Shown here one piece after another: positions 24,400 through 40,033 of a stretch of DNA of 64,000 bases (its first letter is position 1; each line of letters opens with the position of its first letter). The position numbers and the translations under genes were made by a program. This stretch comes from Eledone cirrhosa (lineage: Eukaryota), in NCBI GenBank assembly GCA_964016885.1, contig OZ024746.1:69192001-69256000 (forward strand). Reading direction: 5' to 3'. The notes under the pieces were generated by a model, which saw only the letters and a list, made by a program, of their open reading frames with translations, had not been told where the DNA came from and searched no databases.

Positions 24400-26715
24400 C
24401 AACGTAGTCGCTCGACTTGCTAGAAATAGCAGTCAAATCCTACTCCAAACACACCTTAGTGGTTTGAGGAAAGGATATATAGAACTATAAAAAAAAAATG
24501 CAGTGGTCACGTGTGCCTTTGATCATATGTCGGCTTGAACATGGTTAAACCTGGGGCTAAAAAACATCGTGCTAATTCTACTACTGTAGAGTGGCTGGTC
24601 GTAGAAAAACAAGAAATGTGAACCTAATTTCGTATCTTGCTTGTACTTCGTATTATAAAGACAGCGATCTAATTACACAAACAAAATATGCATACAGCTC
24701 TGAGTCAACAGAACAAACTCTATGCTAGAAATAGCAACCAAATTAGATAAAATATACAAGAACGTGTCCAGTGAAACCAAATTTTTAAAACATGTATACA
24801 GATGGGAAGATGGAAGATTCTTTACTAGAAACGACTATATATATATATATATTATTATATTATATATATAATAAAAATAGAATTGAATTGGTACTTATTA
24901 GATTTCAACTGATAATTTTAAATATAGCAATGGGAGAGCTGATTGTGGGGTGATGGTGGGAGTTTATGTCACGAGTTATTATGGCTTCTCAGATATGTAG
25001 TTCCGAAAATAATATCAAAATAACATGTATAAAATACCATGTATTTTGATTGATAAGAAATACAGACACTCGACGTATTATGTTTGTATATACCTAAAGG
25101 TTTGTGTTTAAATAAATCAAGAGCCGTTTCTTCTAGACGAGACTTCATTTTCATTTGTTGTTGGTTCTTTAGCCCCAGGTCGGCTCTAACTAAGCAGACA
25201 CATGATCAAAAATGTTCTAATCGTGACCTTCTCATAGTGGGTAATTTTAGTCATAGGTATACTATGTTTTTTTAAAACGGTAGTGTGATATTTGAGGGAG
25301 ATTTGGCTGCTATTTCTAGCAAGTAGAGGCTCCATCGTTAACTTGTTTTTCATTTAGTGAGTGAATGAATGGAGAGAAAAGGGAGTGCGTAAACTACGAG
25401 GCTGTCAGCGTACGTCATTCAGTACATCATTCTTAGTTTATAAATTCATGTCATCGGTCTAATTGAGTTGTTTCCCTTAACTAATTGTATTTCTTAACCT
25501 TAAAATAGAAAACATTAGCGAGCACACGATGAAACCTATAGGTGGTTGCACGACCTTCTAGAAATAATAGCCAAATCTCCCTCAAACCATACACCCTCTC
25601 TACCTTAAGAACACATTGTAACTCGAAATATTCCTGAAAAGACAGGATGGTTAAGGCTCAACACAAAACAATATGACCATGTACTCCATTTACCATTAAC
25701 ACACACACACGTATCCAGCGATATAGTGAACGAAAATATATTCTACACGTGTGTGTACATATAACAACACAATGCACATGTGTAATAATGTAGGATAACA
25801 TAAAAATTAAAAATGCACACATACACAAATAATACAAAAGATTTTCCAGTCAGTTTAGCAGAAAAAAAAAAAAAGAGTACGGCTAAATATTGATAAATGT
25901 TCACTTCCTTCGTTTTATCTTTCAAATATCAAGTTGATATGGAAAACTGAAATTTTCAATCTACGTACATTATATTACAAATGGATACAGACATGTGTAT
26001 TTTCTGAGGGGAGGAAAAAAAAAAGGGTGTTGTTAGGTCAGTTTTGATCAAGCAAACTTGTGGTCTAAGGTGGTTCCAGGGAGATTTGGCAGCTATTTAT
26101 AGCAAGTCGGGTGGCACCATAGACTCTCCAGGAACGTAGTAATATATCTAGGACATCACCTCGCGTACCCTTTTCTCTTTTTAAGACAGTAGGGTATGAC
26201 ATGAGGAAGATTTGGGCTGATATTTCTTACGGGTTGAACAACCAGGTAAGAAGCTACATCGTTAGCTCGAGTGTGTTGGTTTTAAGAGAAAGCCAAAACC
26301 GAAAGGTCAGTTCTAATTGAGCAGACCTACGTCCTAAGGCATTTCAGTCACGACTATCCCAGCTTTTTATATATCCAAAACTACATTGATTTTTCTTCTC
26401 CAGGACGATAATGTAATTTGGAAGTAAAGTTACTTCTATTTCTAACAGAGCGAGCGACCACGTAATACACACTACTTTGTTGGTGTATTACTAGTATGCG
26501 TCTTCAACAAGGAAGTTATAACGTGATTGGCGGTTGTTGATATCTGTTTACTTTCCATCCCTAATAGTAGATTAAAGGGGTTCTAACTCGTTTAGTTCTG
26601 CAGTATATCGATAAGAAATACTTTATTTAAGACAGCAAAAGGATGTGATTTAAGTAAGATTTAACTGATATTTCTTGCAGGTCGTGCGACTACGTAGAAG
26701 CTTGCTCGTTGGATC
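24400..26715. repeat. Cluster of family B SINE copies in both orientations
   Basis: Plus copies at about 24400-24565 and 25540-25670; minus copies at about 25155-25345, 26030-26120, 26140-26270, 26300-26480 and 26630-26715. Diagnostic motif GCTAGAAATAGCAG / CTGCTATTTCTAGC. Confidence 0.7.
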
Positions 26716-28614
26716 GTGAAGAGCTATTGTAGTTTTATTGAGATATTAAAGAAGGAGCATATCCTTCCATCCCAGTAGCGGTACACATTCGTTTGTTTGG
26801 ATGCTGACGTTGTAAACAGGATCACTTATCTCTGCTCGATGACTGCGAAAGCTTGAAATAGGTACGGACCTATCAACTACATGAAGAGTCAAGCGACTGG
26901 TGTTGTTATTATGGCAGGGTGGTGGTAAAAATAGGCCTAAAATAGAAATAGCAACATAAACGGTGCTTCAAGAAAGAAGCAGTAACATCACTCACACACA
27001 GAGTGAGAGAAGCATATATGTCTGTAAGTGTAGGGAAGATTAGAAAAAGAGAGCAATGACAGGAGCAGTTGCTTACTTAGACTGCCAGACCTCACTGTTT
27101 AAACAAGTTACGCCTACGCATATTTCACCTTCCATTTTACATGTCTGTCAACCGATCTATCTTGATAAAGGCTTTAATTATATTTGTGTGGATGTTTTCA
27201 TGCACTGTTAGCGGCAAGTGACCGCCTTGTAGTTGTATTCGAATTGTTTTCGTTAGACACTTTTTTAAAAAATAGAAGCAAAATAATATTTGCATTGTAT
27301 GATATAAAATAGGACAAAAATACGTATAAGCAATTTGCAACGAACTAGACAAAGCGGTCAGAGGCCAGCTGGTTACCGTTGGCAGCAGGAAAGGTCAATG
27401 CGAGGCCACTGATAGTAACAAAGTAGTCTACTATAAATGTTTGTCCCAGAGTTTCGCTGCTATTGCAAATTTGACTATAGTGTGCAGCAGTCCCAGATGC
27501 AGCAGCTGCATTTGGAGATGATATGATGCACAAACATTGCTTATTTTCCCATCGGCCACGTTTCTCTTAATTTAAACTCCAATGTGTCCGCTCTCCTTCC
27601 TCTCGGTCTACCCTTGTTCTCCCAACATTGCTAATTTCTTTCCAGAATTTCATGTTTTCTTACGTCGCAACAGAGGTTTTTAAGAATGTAGTCATTCTTC
27701 ATAAGATCGTCTTACACTTTCCAAATATGCTTATGGTGTTGTCGTTGCTATTTATCCCCAGGTTAACCAGACCTATGGATACAAGGCATTCCAGGAGTGG
27801 CCATCCTGGTGTATGTAGGATAATATTGTCTAATGTGTCTTTTCCTTATTTGAGGAGGATTGAACTACTTCTAGCAGAACGAGACGCAGCGTAGAGTCTA
27901 CGTAGACGTACCCACTGCTGGTTTGCTTAAGAGGTGAAATCAAATTTAGAAAATTTCACGAGGTACGTTTGATTCTCTCATACCATAGAATATAAACAAT
28001 ATGAGAGCTGCCGAGTCCACTACCATTCTAATAACATGCTTTCTACACAGGCGAAGAATGGTTTGCACTTAAATCACAAAAGGGCTAACACTCTACCTTA
28101 ATATATTTATATTTTATTAGTCTTGTATTTATATTTCTTTTACATTTAGGTATCCAGATAGACTTTAAAATAAAATAGAAAGAGAAGAAAAACTCCAGAT
28201 GTACATTTGTAATAATAGTTTATAGCAAACGTGCAAAGACACCCTCGTTCGTGTCCATTGTAATCTATCTCTTTATTTAGTCTGAATGACGAATGGCAGT
28301 GCCAGACTAATGTGTAATCTAATAGTAAATAGAAAGGCATTTATAGCTTTACTAGCGATGGTTATAAGGAAATAAGCATGATATTAAAATGTGTTTGAAA
28401 ATTAAAGATCGATACCTAGTAAAAGTAAAAACAAAACAGCCTGCAAGGAGGCGACCGACTTTCTTAGCTTGTTTTGATCTAAGATATAACATTAAAGTCA
28501 AATAATAAACAGGATAAAATAAAATGTTGCCAATTGTTTACCAATTTGTATCTAAGGTACATTTGTTGTTCATGCCTGAAAATACCTTCAAATGCCAGGA
28601 CCTTGTACAACAGT

Positions 28615-28694
<80 letters not shown>

Positions 28695-30074
28695 GCAATA
28701 CATACACACACACAAACACGTTTTGCGTTTAACAACATACAGTGTTTATTTATTTGTTCGAAGCTGGTGATTTATTCCGACCTTTTAAGGTTACAACAAC
28801 AAAATCTTTTTTCTTTTTTTTTGTCGTTTGAAATAATTGCACGGAATGAATCACCAGCTTCGAAAGTCTATATATATTATAAATAATCACTTTATTGACT
28901 TCAGTCCTGAAAGGAAAGTGTTTGATTCATCAGAAACGTGATCCATCAAAATAACACATTTACTTCCAGACAAAGATTGTATTATTCTAATAATTAAACA
29001 CACGGTTTTATATACACTCGAAGGTGGTTCAGAAAATGGACCCTATGTTTATCATATCCACAGCCTTCTATAACAAATTTAACATGAATAAAGATTTCCG
29101 CACACAAACACACACAATATAAATATATAAATATATATATATATAAACGTGCATACACACGCATGGTGAAAAAGCGTGATTTCAAAATAAACACCTCGCG
29201 TATACAGAATCAATTTTTAAAGAATTCTACTTTGGTGTCAATATAAAATGGTTGAAACGAATTAAGCGTAGAAGCTATATTTCAAACAGAATATCAGAAA
29301 AAAATGGGGGGGGGGGGTTAAGTGTGTTAGTAAAGAAGTAGGAAGTGATGATAAAAAGTGTGGATGACAGTTAAGAGTTGGTTCTTATTCAAGTAGAAAC
29401 AATAAACCATCTTAATATCAACAATGACCTTATAACATCAACAATTAATAACAGCACACAAAACAATGTACATGGATGCATTCCTATGTACTAACAGTTG
29501 TACAAATTGTTTATTTATATATATATATATATATATAGTATAGATATATATATGAGAGAGACAGAGGGTGAGAGAGAGAGAGGCGTAGTACGTATACGCA
29601 TGGTTTTTGTTTGTTATTGTATACACCTACAGTGATCCTCCCTTAATATTATTAAAACGTACATGTATGTACGTTCTTTACATAAATGTTGCTTTAAAAA
29701 GAATCTAGATTGAAGTGACACAAGTGCACACGGAGAATCACCAGCAACCTATATAAACTAAACCCAGTTTTCAATACAGGCGTGAAATGCTAAACATAAT
29801 GTTCTTAGTTGAAGAAGACTAAAACCAAGTGACAACGAAGTTCCCTGTGGCTTGCTTACCTTAACACGAAGCTAAGAAGTAATGCCAAATCGCAAAACAA
29901 AACAAACTAATAAACACCAAAAAACTAAACAAAAACAAAACTGTTTATTCATTAGAACACGTCCATAACATCCAAGTCAACTCCTTATGCAAACACCATC
30001 TGGTGCTTCTGATACCCAGCTTAAATTCATGCATGTATACATACATACAATTTGTTGTATCCATCCTGTTATTG

Positions 30075-30200
30075 TACACCCACCTCATTCCTCTCCAGCC
30101 TTGCCATTTCTGCCTTTATTACTCCATCTTTCACTGCCATATGCTACCACACACTATTTACAATACACCCGGTTCATAACCATCTTTCTACCAAACATTC
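30075..30200 (-). pseudogene. RTE LINE fragment (post-RT region)
   Basis: Minus strand encodes VVAYGSERW, then after a frameshift IKAEMARLERNE, matching the RTE motif LYGSETW...RLERNE. Confidence 0.6.
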
Positions 30201-30614
30201 TTATTCTGTCTAGCTTCGACATTGGGACATCTTTATATATATATATGTGTGTGTGTGTTTTGGTTATAACTCTCCGATCTCTGGCCAGAGGTATATATAT
30301 ATATATATATATACACCCGTGGGTAGCGAGGGGAGAGTGTTACCCCCCAAAAAAACGTCACACCATATTCCCATTTTATATGTACTTTTCCCCCACACAC
30401 ACACACATTTGTAAATGGATGTCCACTTTGTTGTGACTTAAAAAGATGCTGGACGCTCGGTGTGTTATTATTAATCATCCAGATATTATATATAAACCCA
30501 AGACCTGTTGTGACAACCACTTTATGCTAACTTTTGACAGGGAAATGGCAATTTGATATCTTCATCTCTACCTATGTCTCTCACATGTTCACTGGTCATC
30601 GAACAATAAATACA

Positions 30615-30679
<65 letters not shown>

Positions 30680-31816
30680 AACCTCTCTATCTATCTTTGT
30701 CTTACTGTCAATCTATAGTTATCTATTTATGTATATTTACCAATGTAGCTATCTTCGGATAATAATATCAAAGCACACATCTCACTAACAGTTCGAAATT
30801 AGATAGGTAGAACAATGTTCGTAATTTAATATATATATGACAAAGAAAATGTGGACGAAAATTATTGTAATTAATTAAAATGAAATAAGGCCAAGGAAAG
30901 TCGAGGATTGAGGTATGTTTACATAAAATGCTCAAATTAAGGAATTATTGAATTAAGTATTTTCTTTTTACAATATTAAAATTCAGTTTCTACCACAATT
31001 ATAAAATCAAACGCTCTAAAATGTGTTTAAGTTTCTATTTCATACCAGTTTTTTGAAACTAAACTTGAATTGAAATCAAAACATGAACACATTATTTTAG
31101 TATTTGTCTATCAGTTAATCAAATCATCAAAACTACTTTTAATATTAACCAAGCTGTTGTTTAGCCCCAGGTCAGCTCCGATTGAACAAACTCATGAATT
31201 AAGGAACGTTCTAGGAGTGGTCAGCTCGTCTCCTTCCCTTGTAACTGTAGGCTGTAATTTGAGGGACATTTGGCTGCTGTTTCTCGCAAGTCGGGCAACC
31301 ACGCAGAGGCTTCCCCGTTAGCTCGAATGCTCACGAAGTAATTTTATTATGGCTGATAATAAATAGTGAGAGGGGGGGGGGTAGCCGGAGATTAGCTAGA
31401 AGACAGACAACAGCAAATATATGAGAAACAGAGCACCTGTGTCAGACAGAACTGTCCGTCATTAGTGGTATTATTATATAGTGCTAACAAACACTGGTAC
31501 TATTATAGTTGCTAACAAACACGTATATCTCCAGCTACTAAGTTCTTTAGTTGTCAGTGTAAGACAAGAAAAACTAACTTCGTATATAAACAGCCAACAT
31601 CCCTCCCACCTCCTCTTGGACTAGCTGGAATCTATTTACGTGTCCGACAGATGTGTCTCTGTACTTGGAGCTGTTTGTTTAACAAACCATATGGATGGAT
31701 ACATATGGCATTCCAAATGCTTTCTTGGTGGGACGGACGACGACTATCACTTTTTAGGTCATCTTGTAAACAACATACTCTTTCATGTTTTCACGGTTAA
31801 AATTACACTACACACA

Positions 31817-31895
<79 letters not shown>

Positions 31896-32689
31896 GTACA
31901 AATAGAATCGATTTCAGTAAGTAGCAGTAAATCCGAATAAAAATTTTAAAACAATATTACAGATCAAAAATAAACTGAAAAAACGGTGAGTGTGTGTGTT
32001 TATATAAAATCAAATGTGCTATATATGTCACAATAAAATATTAATGTGCTATTATTTATCAGTTTTATAAGAGTCCACATATACAGAAAGCAGACAATTA
32101 GTAGTAATAGCTGTAGTAGTAGTCGTGAATGTGTTGAGTAGTATTAAAAATAAGCATATCTAAACACGAAGGCACTCTGTCTGTCTCTCTCTGGCTGGAG
32201 GTGGGAGTGTTTTTCGAAGGTTACATACAGACAAGCTTGCTATAGACAAACCAATATTCCGGAGGTGATAAGATAGGGGGTAACAACGACATGGAGTTGA
32301 TTAGAGCTAGTTACAGAGATCATTCGGAAAAAATGATTACTAACTCCGATGACAAATATGAACTATATATATATTTATATATTTATGCATACGTGTGCAC
32401 ATATATGTGTATATATATTTATGCATACGTGTGCACATATATATGTGTGTGTATATATATATATATAGTGTGAGAGGGGTGGGTAAAGATAGATATATAA
32501 TATATACATACATACACACATATGTATATATACAAACAGATAGATCATCACCGTTTTACGTGTTTTCCACGCTTGCACGGGTTGTCACGCTCTGAGACTA
32601 GACTGGTCAGATGATCGTGTCTTGTGTGCTCATATGTTCCATTTTGGCATGGTTTTTACGGCTCGATGCCCTTCTAAATGTCAAACACT

Positions 32690-33035
32690 CCACGGCGAGT
32701 ACTGGGTTCGTTTTCTCGTGACACCACCAGTACCATCTGACAGAGTGGACAGGATGCTTCTTTTAGTAGCACCAGCACTACCTACCACTTTACAGAGTGG
32801 GTTAGCTGCATTTCACCGTGGCACCAACACTACCACCACATTACAGTGTGATCTGGATGCATTTTATCATGGCATCAACATTACCACATTACAGTGTGGA
32901 GTGGGTACTTTATATCGTGGAAGCAACACTACCACTTTACAGTGTGGGCTGTGTGTATTTCATTGTGACACTAGCACTTACACATTCCAATGCGAGCTGA
33001 GAGTTGGGCGCATTTATTGTGAAACTAGTATTACA
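32690..33035. repeat. 48-bp minisatellite (about 7-8 units) inside a family C element, paralog of 12341-12690
   Basis: Unit ACCACATTACAGTGTGGAGTGGGTACTTTATATCGTGGAAGCAACACT, which produces the 16-aa periodicity TTLQC..F..GT in track ORF 32622-33131. Confidence 0.85.
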
Positions 33036-34349
33036 TTGGCCGACCTGGGAGGTGAGGAACAGGAAGTGGTGGGGATAGACCAGGGTGTAGTATATGTGCA
33101 TGCATGGATGTGTGTATATCTGCATGTATGAAATTATCTGTGTGTATATGAGTATGTATAGCGTGTGCCATATAAAAATGTATGTATGCGCCTGCACATG
33201 TTTACATGTGTAGTGTTATTTTGTTCCACTATTACTGGCCCCAAATGACCTTTATGATCACACATCTGCACCTGGTGTGTGAATATGCTTGTGTCTGCAT
33301 ATAAATATATAGTCACACACGCACATACATATATATGTGTGTGTATACATGCATACATTTATACATCCATACATACAATATAATACAGATGTAAGTAGTG
33401 CGAAATAATTATCGCACTTGGAAATCGCTTCCTGGCGATCTAAATCAAAATAACAAGAATAATCCGCTGCTTACAAAATCAATATTCTACAATATTCCAA
33501 CAGAGCAAACATTATTTACTGTTGTAACCGTTGTTGTTGTCATTATTATTATTATTATTATTATAAATCTATCTTCCATATATGGTCATGTAAATGAAAA
33601 ACATGAAAATGGAAAGCAAGGAAGTACACAGATTATTAAATAGTGCGTATTTCTAGTAAAAGACTAAGGTCAATATTGCTATTGCACAACAACTAACAAT
33701 GGCTGGCTGTGTATATCATACACACATAAATATATATATATATATATATATAAACAGAACTAATATACACTGACACGCACATGTAATACACACATAACTA
33801 GATATGTTTGTATACATCTCGATGTATGTATACATGTGGGTGTCAATATGTGTGTTTGTATATCTGTTTTATATAACTACATAAACAGAGAAAGCTATTA
33901 GCGATACTCCGGAGTATATTCCCAATTAAACGTTTGGAGTGCTGACTATATTGTATTGTGTGGATAATTGGGTGTATTATATTATATATACACACATATA
34001 TATATATATATACACACACAGAGATGAGTGTGTATATATATACATATATATATACACACAGATGAGTGTGTGTGTTTAACATATATATGTATGTGCACAC
34101 GTATGTATGTGTGCGTAATCTGGAGAAACTAGATTGCTAGTCATTCAATGTACACGTATAATGTTAGCAAACAAAATCTAACTGTACGAAACACACACAC
34201 ATACGACCCAACAACAACAACAACAACAAAACTAAATGACAATCCATTAGTATAAAACATCGAAGTGATAAATATACTATAGTGTAAACACCTTATGTGT
34301 GTTGAGTTGAAAACATCGATACTAAATTATGTGAAAATATATACATAAT

Positions 34350-34460
34350 AATTGTTTCTACTATTGGCACAAGGCCAGAAATTACCCAGTACATTACTGG
34401 TACTTTATTTTATCGACCCCGTAAGGATGAAAGGCAAAGTTAACCTCGGCGGGATTTGAA
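34350..34460 (-). mobile_element. Family A SINE, 5'-truncated at the B box
   Basis: ATTGTTTCTACTATTGGCACAAGGCCAG..TATCGACCCCGTAAGGATGAAAGGCAAAGTTAACCTCGGCGGGATTTGAA. Confidence 0.85.
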
Positions 34461-34559
34461 ATACATAATAATGTTCACTGATAACTTTAATTGCTCGTCC
34501 TCTGGATATATTTCGATGTCCTCAACATTATTTAATAATAATATAAAAATATTATATAC

Positions 34560-36660
34560 GGACCCACTCTAACGTCTTAAAAGAAGAAAGGACACATTGG
34601 ATAATGTTGTCCTATAAACCCCTAGAATGACAAGATGGTCACGGCGTGTACTGTCTACTCGATCAAGACGAGTCTGACATAACTGAAATCAGAGCTAAAT
34701 AATCCTGAAATCACACCCGAAGATTTTTTTTTTTTTAATAAATAGCAGAGATAGCAGGCACATTGAATACAAGTTGTACGAAAATAAGATGGTGTGGTCA
34801 CAATTACAACGATTTTGATCATATATAAGTCTGCTTGATCATGGCTGATCTGAAGCTAAACAACATTTACATAAACTTTATAGCGAATTAACTTAGTGGT
34901 CGCTAGAAATAGCAGTCAAATTTCCCTCAAGTAACACCTAACCTTTTTTTTTTTAAAGGGTCACATTATAATGCGTGAAAAAATACGGGATGGTCTTAAT
35001 TTGAATGGGATTAAACAATATACAAAACAGATGGATGTATGGTTATTTGTACGGTAATTCATTGTTGCTATTGCCAGGTATTGACGTTACTAAGCCCACA
35101 TGTTAGCTATTACCGAGCAAATCTAAGTCGTTCCAGCTGCGGCCATCACGTTTCTTATATATCAAAGATTACACTGTTCAATTTATTCTTTCTTTTTTTT
35201 AAACGGCATTGTCATTCGAGGACAATTTGGTTGCAATTCTTATCAAGATGACGAGATAGACTCCTTCGTTGTAAATAAAGCCTTATGTTATTTAGTTACA
35301 ATACAACCCTTAACGTTGAATTCAGAGCCCATCGAGGACAACTTTGCTTTGTGATGTCGATAAAATAAAGGGTAAATCTTTAATCTTACATCCGTTATGG
35401 GGTTTTCGTGTGGAGTAACGAGAGAAAACGCGTAATTTACGACTGTTTTGAAGGCCATATTCATTCAAAACATTAACAAAACATAAATTTCACCTTCAAA
35501 ATTCTAACCAAACCTATTAATTAACTACTCTTAAAATAAAAAATAAAAAATTTCTATTACACTCATCTGAGAAACTTGTATACAAATGAAAATTTAGCAA
35601 GTACCAGTCAAGTACTAAGGTTGACATAATCGACTCCCCCTCTCCCAAAATTTACTGGCCTTGTGCCTAAATTAGAAACCATTATTAAAATAAAAAGGAA
35701 TCGTGGTTGTTTATATTAATAATAGAATATAAAAAAGATGTATTAAAATATAGTGTGTATGTGCGTTAGCGAGAGAGTGTGTGGGGAGGGAAAGAGTAGT
35801 AGTTGTATTGTGGTAGTAATGGTTATAGTTGTGGTGATAGTAGTTGTAGTGGTGATCGAAGTAGTAGTTGTAGTAACAGCAGCAGCAGCCGCCAATGTCC
35901 ATTGACGACACAGTCAGCCACCCGTAAGAAATACACAGTAGTGAAGTGGAATATACGAGAATCACAACACAACACATGAGCTTCATACGTAGTCACTCGA
36001 CTTACTAGAAATAGCAGGCAAATCTCTAAATCGCACTCTAGAAATATACCCGAAAATAAAACGACAGGAAGGTTACAGATCGAATGCCTTTGATAATATA
36101 TATATATATATATATATACACTTTTAGTGTTGATCTGGGATTAAAAAATAACAAGAATCACTCCCAAAACCTACGCCTTAAAATGAGAAAAGGGAAGGAC
36201 ATATTGGAAAATGTTGTCCTAAATATATTATGTCAGAATAGATGAATAAATAAAAAGCAGGGATGGACACAAGAATGCCTTTCAGCATAGATTTTCTCAA
36301 TCTCAGAATTGACCTTGGCTAAATAGAGTTTTGAATGTTGGCTACATTGTGGGAGAGAGAAGGGAGAATGTAGTTCGGATTTCGGTTCAAACGGATTATT
36401 TTAACATCAGGTCGATTCTGGTAAATGTTTTTTCTCTTTTTTTTGTACATCCAGACTGTATCTAGGTCTACATTATGAAGTCCTTACGCATTTTTAAGAT
36501 CCACATCACTATAATAACATTCGGGATTTAAGAAATATATAATGTAAAATTTAGGAAAATTGCTCCACGACCGGAATCATTGATCTTTGGGTTATGATAT
36601 AAGGACGGGGAATATGGCTGCTACTTCCAGCAAATTGAGAAACCTCAGTAGCAGCTCCCT
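34560..36660. repeat. Second cluster of family B SINE copies
   Basis: Plus copies at about 34560-35015 and 35985-36325; minus copies at about 35090-35270 and 36410-36660. Confidence 0.65.
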
Positions 36661-36909
36661 CATCTACCGTGTTGTAGGTCATGTAGGGAGTTTAGTCTCC
36701 GAATGATCAAGTATTGGAGTAGGGAGGCAGGTCTTCACAGAACTTTAAGGAAGAGACAGAGGAATAGAACATTTGTAGCTCACACGTATGCACGCACACA
36801 TATACACATAGCTGCTTTATCTCAACTCAAACCTCTCCCTCACGTAGACACACTAATAAAAATTTAAACGCAGTTATTTGGCTTTAAGAAAGCTAATAAT
36901 TTATGTAGC

Positions 36910-37823
36910 TATATATATATATATACTATATATATATACACTATATATATATATATACTATATATATATATACTATATATATATACTATATATATATATA
37001 TATACTATATATATATATACTATATATATATATACTATATATATATATACTATATATATATACTATATATATATATACTATATATATATATACTATATAT
37101 ATATATACTATATATATATATACTATATATATATATACTATATATATATATACTATATATATATATACTATATATATATATACTATATATATATATACTA
37201 TATATATATATACTATATATATATATACTATATATATATACTATATATATACTATATATATATACTATATATATATATACTATATATATATACTATATAT
37301 ATATATACTATATATATATATACTATATATATATACTATATATATATATACTATATATATATACTATATATATATACTATATATATATACTATATATATA
37401 TACTATATATATATACTATATATATATACTATATATATATACTATATATATATACTATATATATATACTATATATATATACTATATATATATACTATATA
37501 TATATATACTATATATATATACTATATATATATATATACTATATATATATATACTATATATATATATATACTATATATATATATATACTATATATATATA
37601 TATACTATATATATATATATACTATATATATATATATACTATATATATATATATACTATATATATATATATACTATATATATATATATACTATATATATA
37701 TATATACTATATATATATATATACTATATATATATATACTATATATATATATACTATATATATATATACTATATATATATATACTATATATATATATACT
37801 ATATATATATATATATATATATA

Positions 37824-37863
<40 letters not shown>

Positions 37864-38032
37864 TATATATATATATATATATATATATACTATATATATA
37901 TATATATATACTATATATATATATATATATATATATACTATATATATATATATATATACTATATATATATATATATATATACTATATATATATATATATA
38001 TACTATATATATATATACTATATATATATATA

Positions 38033-38063
<31 letters not shown>

Positions 38064-39991
38064 CTATATATATATATATATATATATACTATATATATAT
38101 ATATATATACTATATATATATATATACTATATATATATATATACTATATATATATATATACTATATATATATATATACTATATATATATATATACTATAT
38201 ATATATATATACTATATATATATATATACTATATATATATATATACTATATATATATACTATATATATATACTATATATATATATATACTATATATATAT
38301 ATATACTATATATATATATATACTATATATATATATATACTATATATATATATATACTATATATATATATACTATATATATATATACTATATATATATAT
38401 ACTATATATATATATATATATACTATATATATATATATACTATATATATATATACTATATATATATATATACTATATATATATATATACTATATATATAT
38501 ATACTATATATATATATACTATATATATATATACTATATATATATATACTATATATATATATACTATATATATATATACTATATATATATATACTATATA
38601 TATATATACTATATATATATATACTATATATATATATATACTATATATATATATATACTATATATATATATATACTATATATATATATATACTATATATA
38701 TATAAATACTATATATATATATATACTATATATATATATACTATATATATATATACTATATATATATATATATATACATATATATACTATATATATATAT
38801 ATACTATATATATATATACTATATATATATATATACTATATATATACATATATATACTATATATATACTATATATATACTATATATATACTATATATATA
38901 CTATATATATATATACTATATATATATATACTATATATATATATACTATATATATATATATACTATATATATATACTATATATATATATACTATATATAT
39001 ATATACTATATATATATATACTATATATATATACTATATATATATATACTATATATATATATACTATATATATATACTATATATATATACTATATATATA
39101 TATACTATATATATATATACTATATATATATATACTATATATATATACTATATATATATATACTATATATATATATACTATATATATATATACTATATAT
39201 ATATATATACTATATATATATATACTATATATATATATACTATATATATATATACTATCTATATATATATACTATATATATATATACTATATATATATAT
39301 ATACTATATATATACTATATATATATATACTATATATATATATACTATATATATATATACTATATATATATATACTATATATATATATACTATATATATA
39401 TACTATATATATATATACTATATATATATATACTATATATATATATATATACTATATATATATATACTATATATATATATACTATATATATATATACTAT
39501 ATATATATATATACTATATATATATATATACTATATATATATATACTATATATATATATACTATATATATATATACTATATATATATATACTATATATAT
39601 ATATACTATATATATATATACTATATATATATATACTATATATATATATATACTATATATATATATATACTATATATATATATACTATATATATATATAC
39701 TATATATATATATACTATATATATATATACTATATATATAATATATACTATAATATATATATATACTATATATATATATACTATATATATATATACTATA
39801 TATATATATACTATATATATATATACATATATATATATACTATATATATATATATACTATATATATATACTATATATATATACATATATATATATACTAT
39901 GATATATATATATACTATATATATATATACATATATATATATACTATATATATATATATACTATATATATATATACTATATATATATATAC

Positions 39992-40033
<42 letters not shown>

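Noticed and set aside
32622-33131. 169-aa ORF with TTLQC repeats as a novel repeat protein
   Set aside because: It lies wholly inside a family C repeat and its 48-bp array. The paralogous array at 12.3 kb has frame-breaking 46- and 37-bp units.
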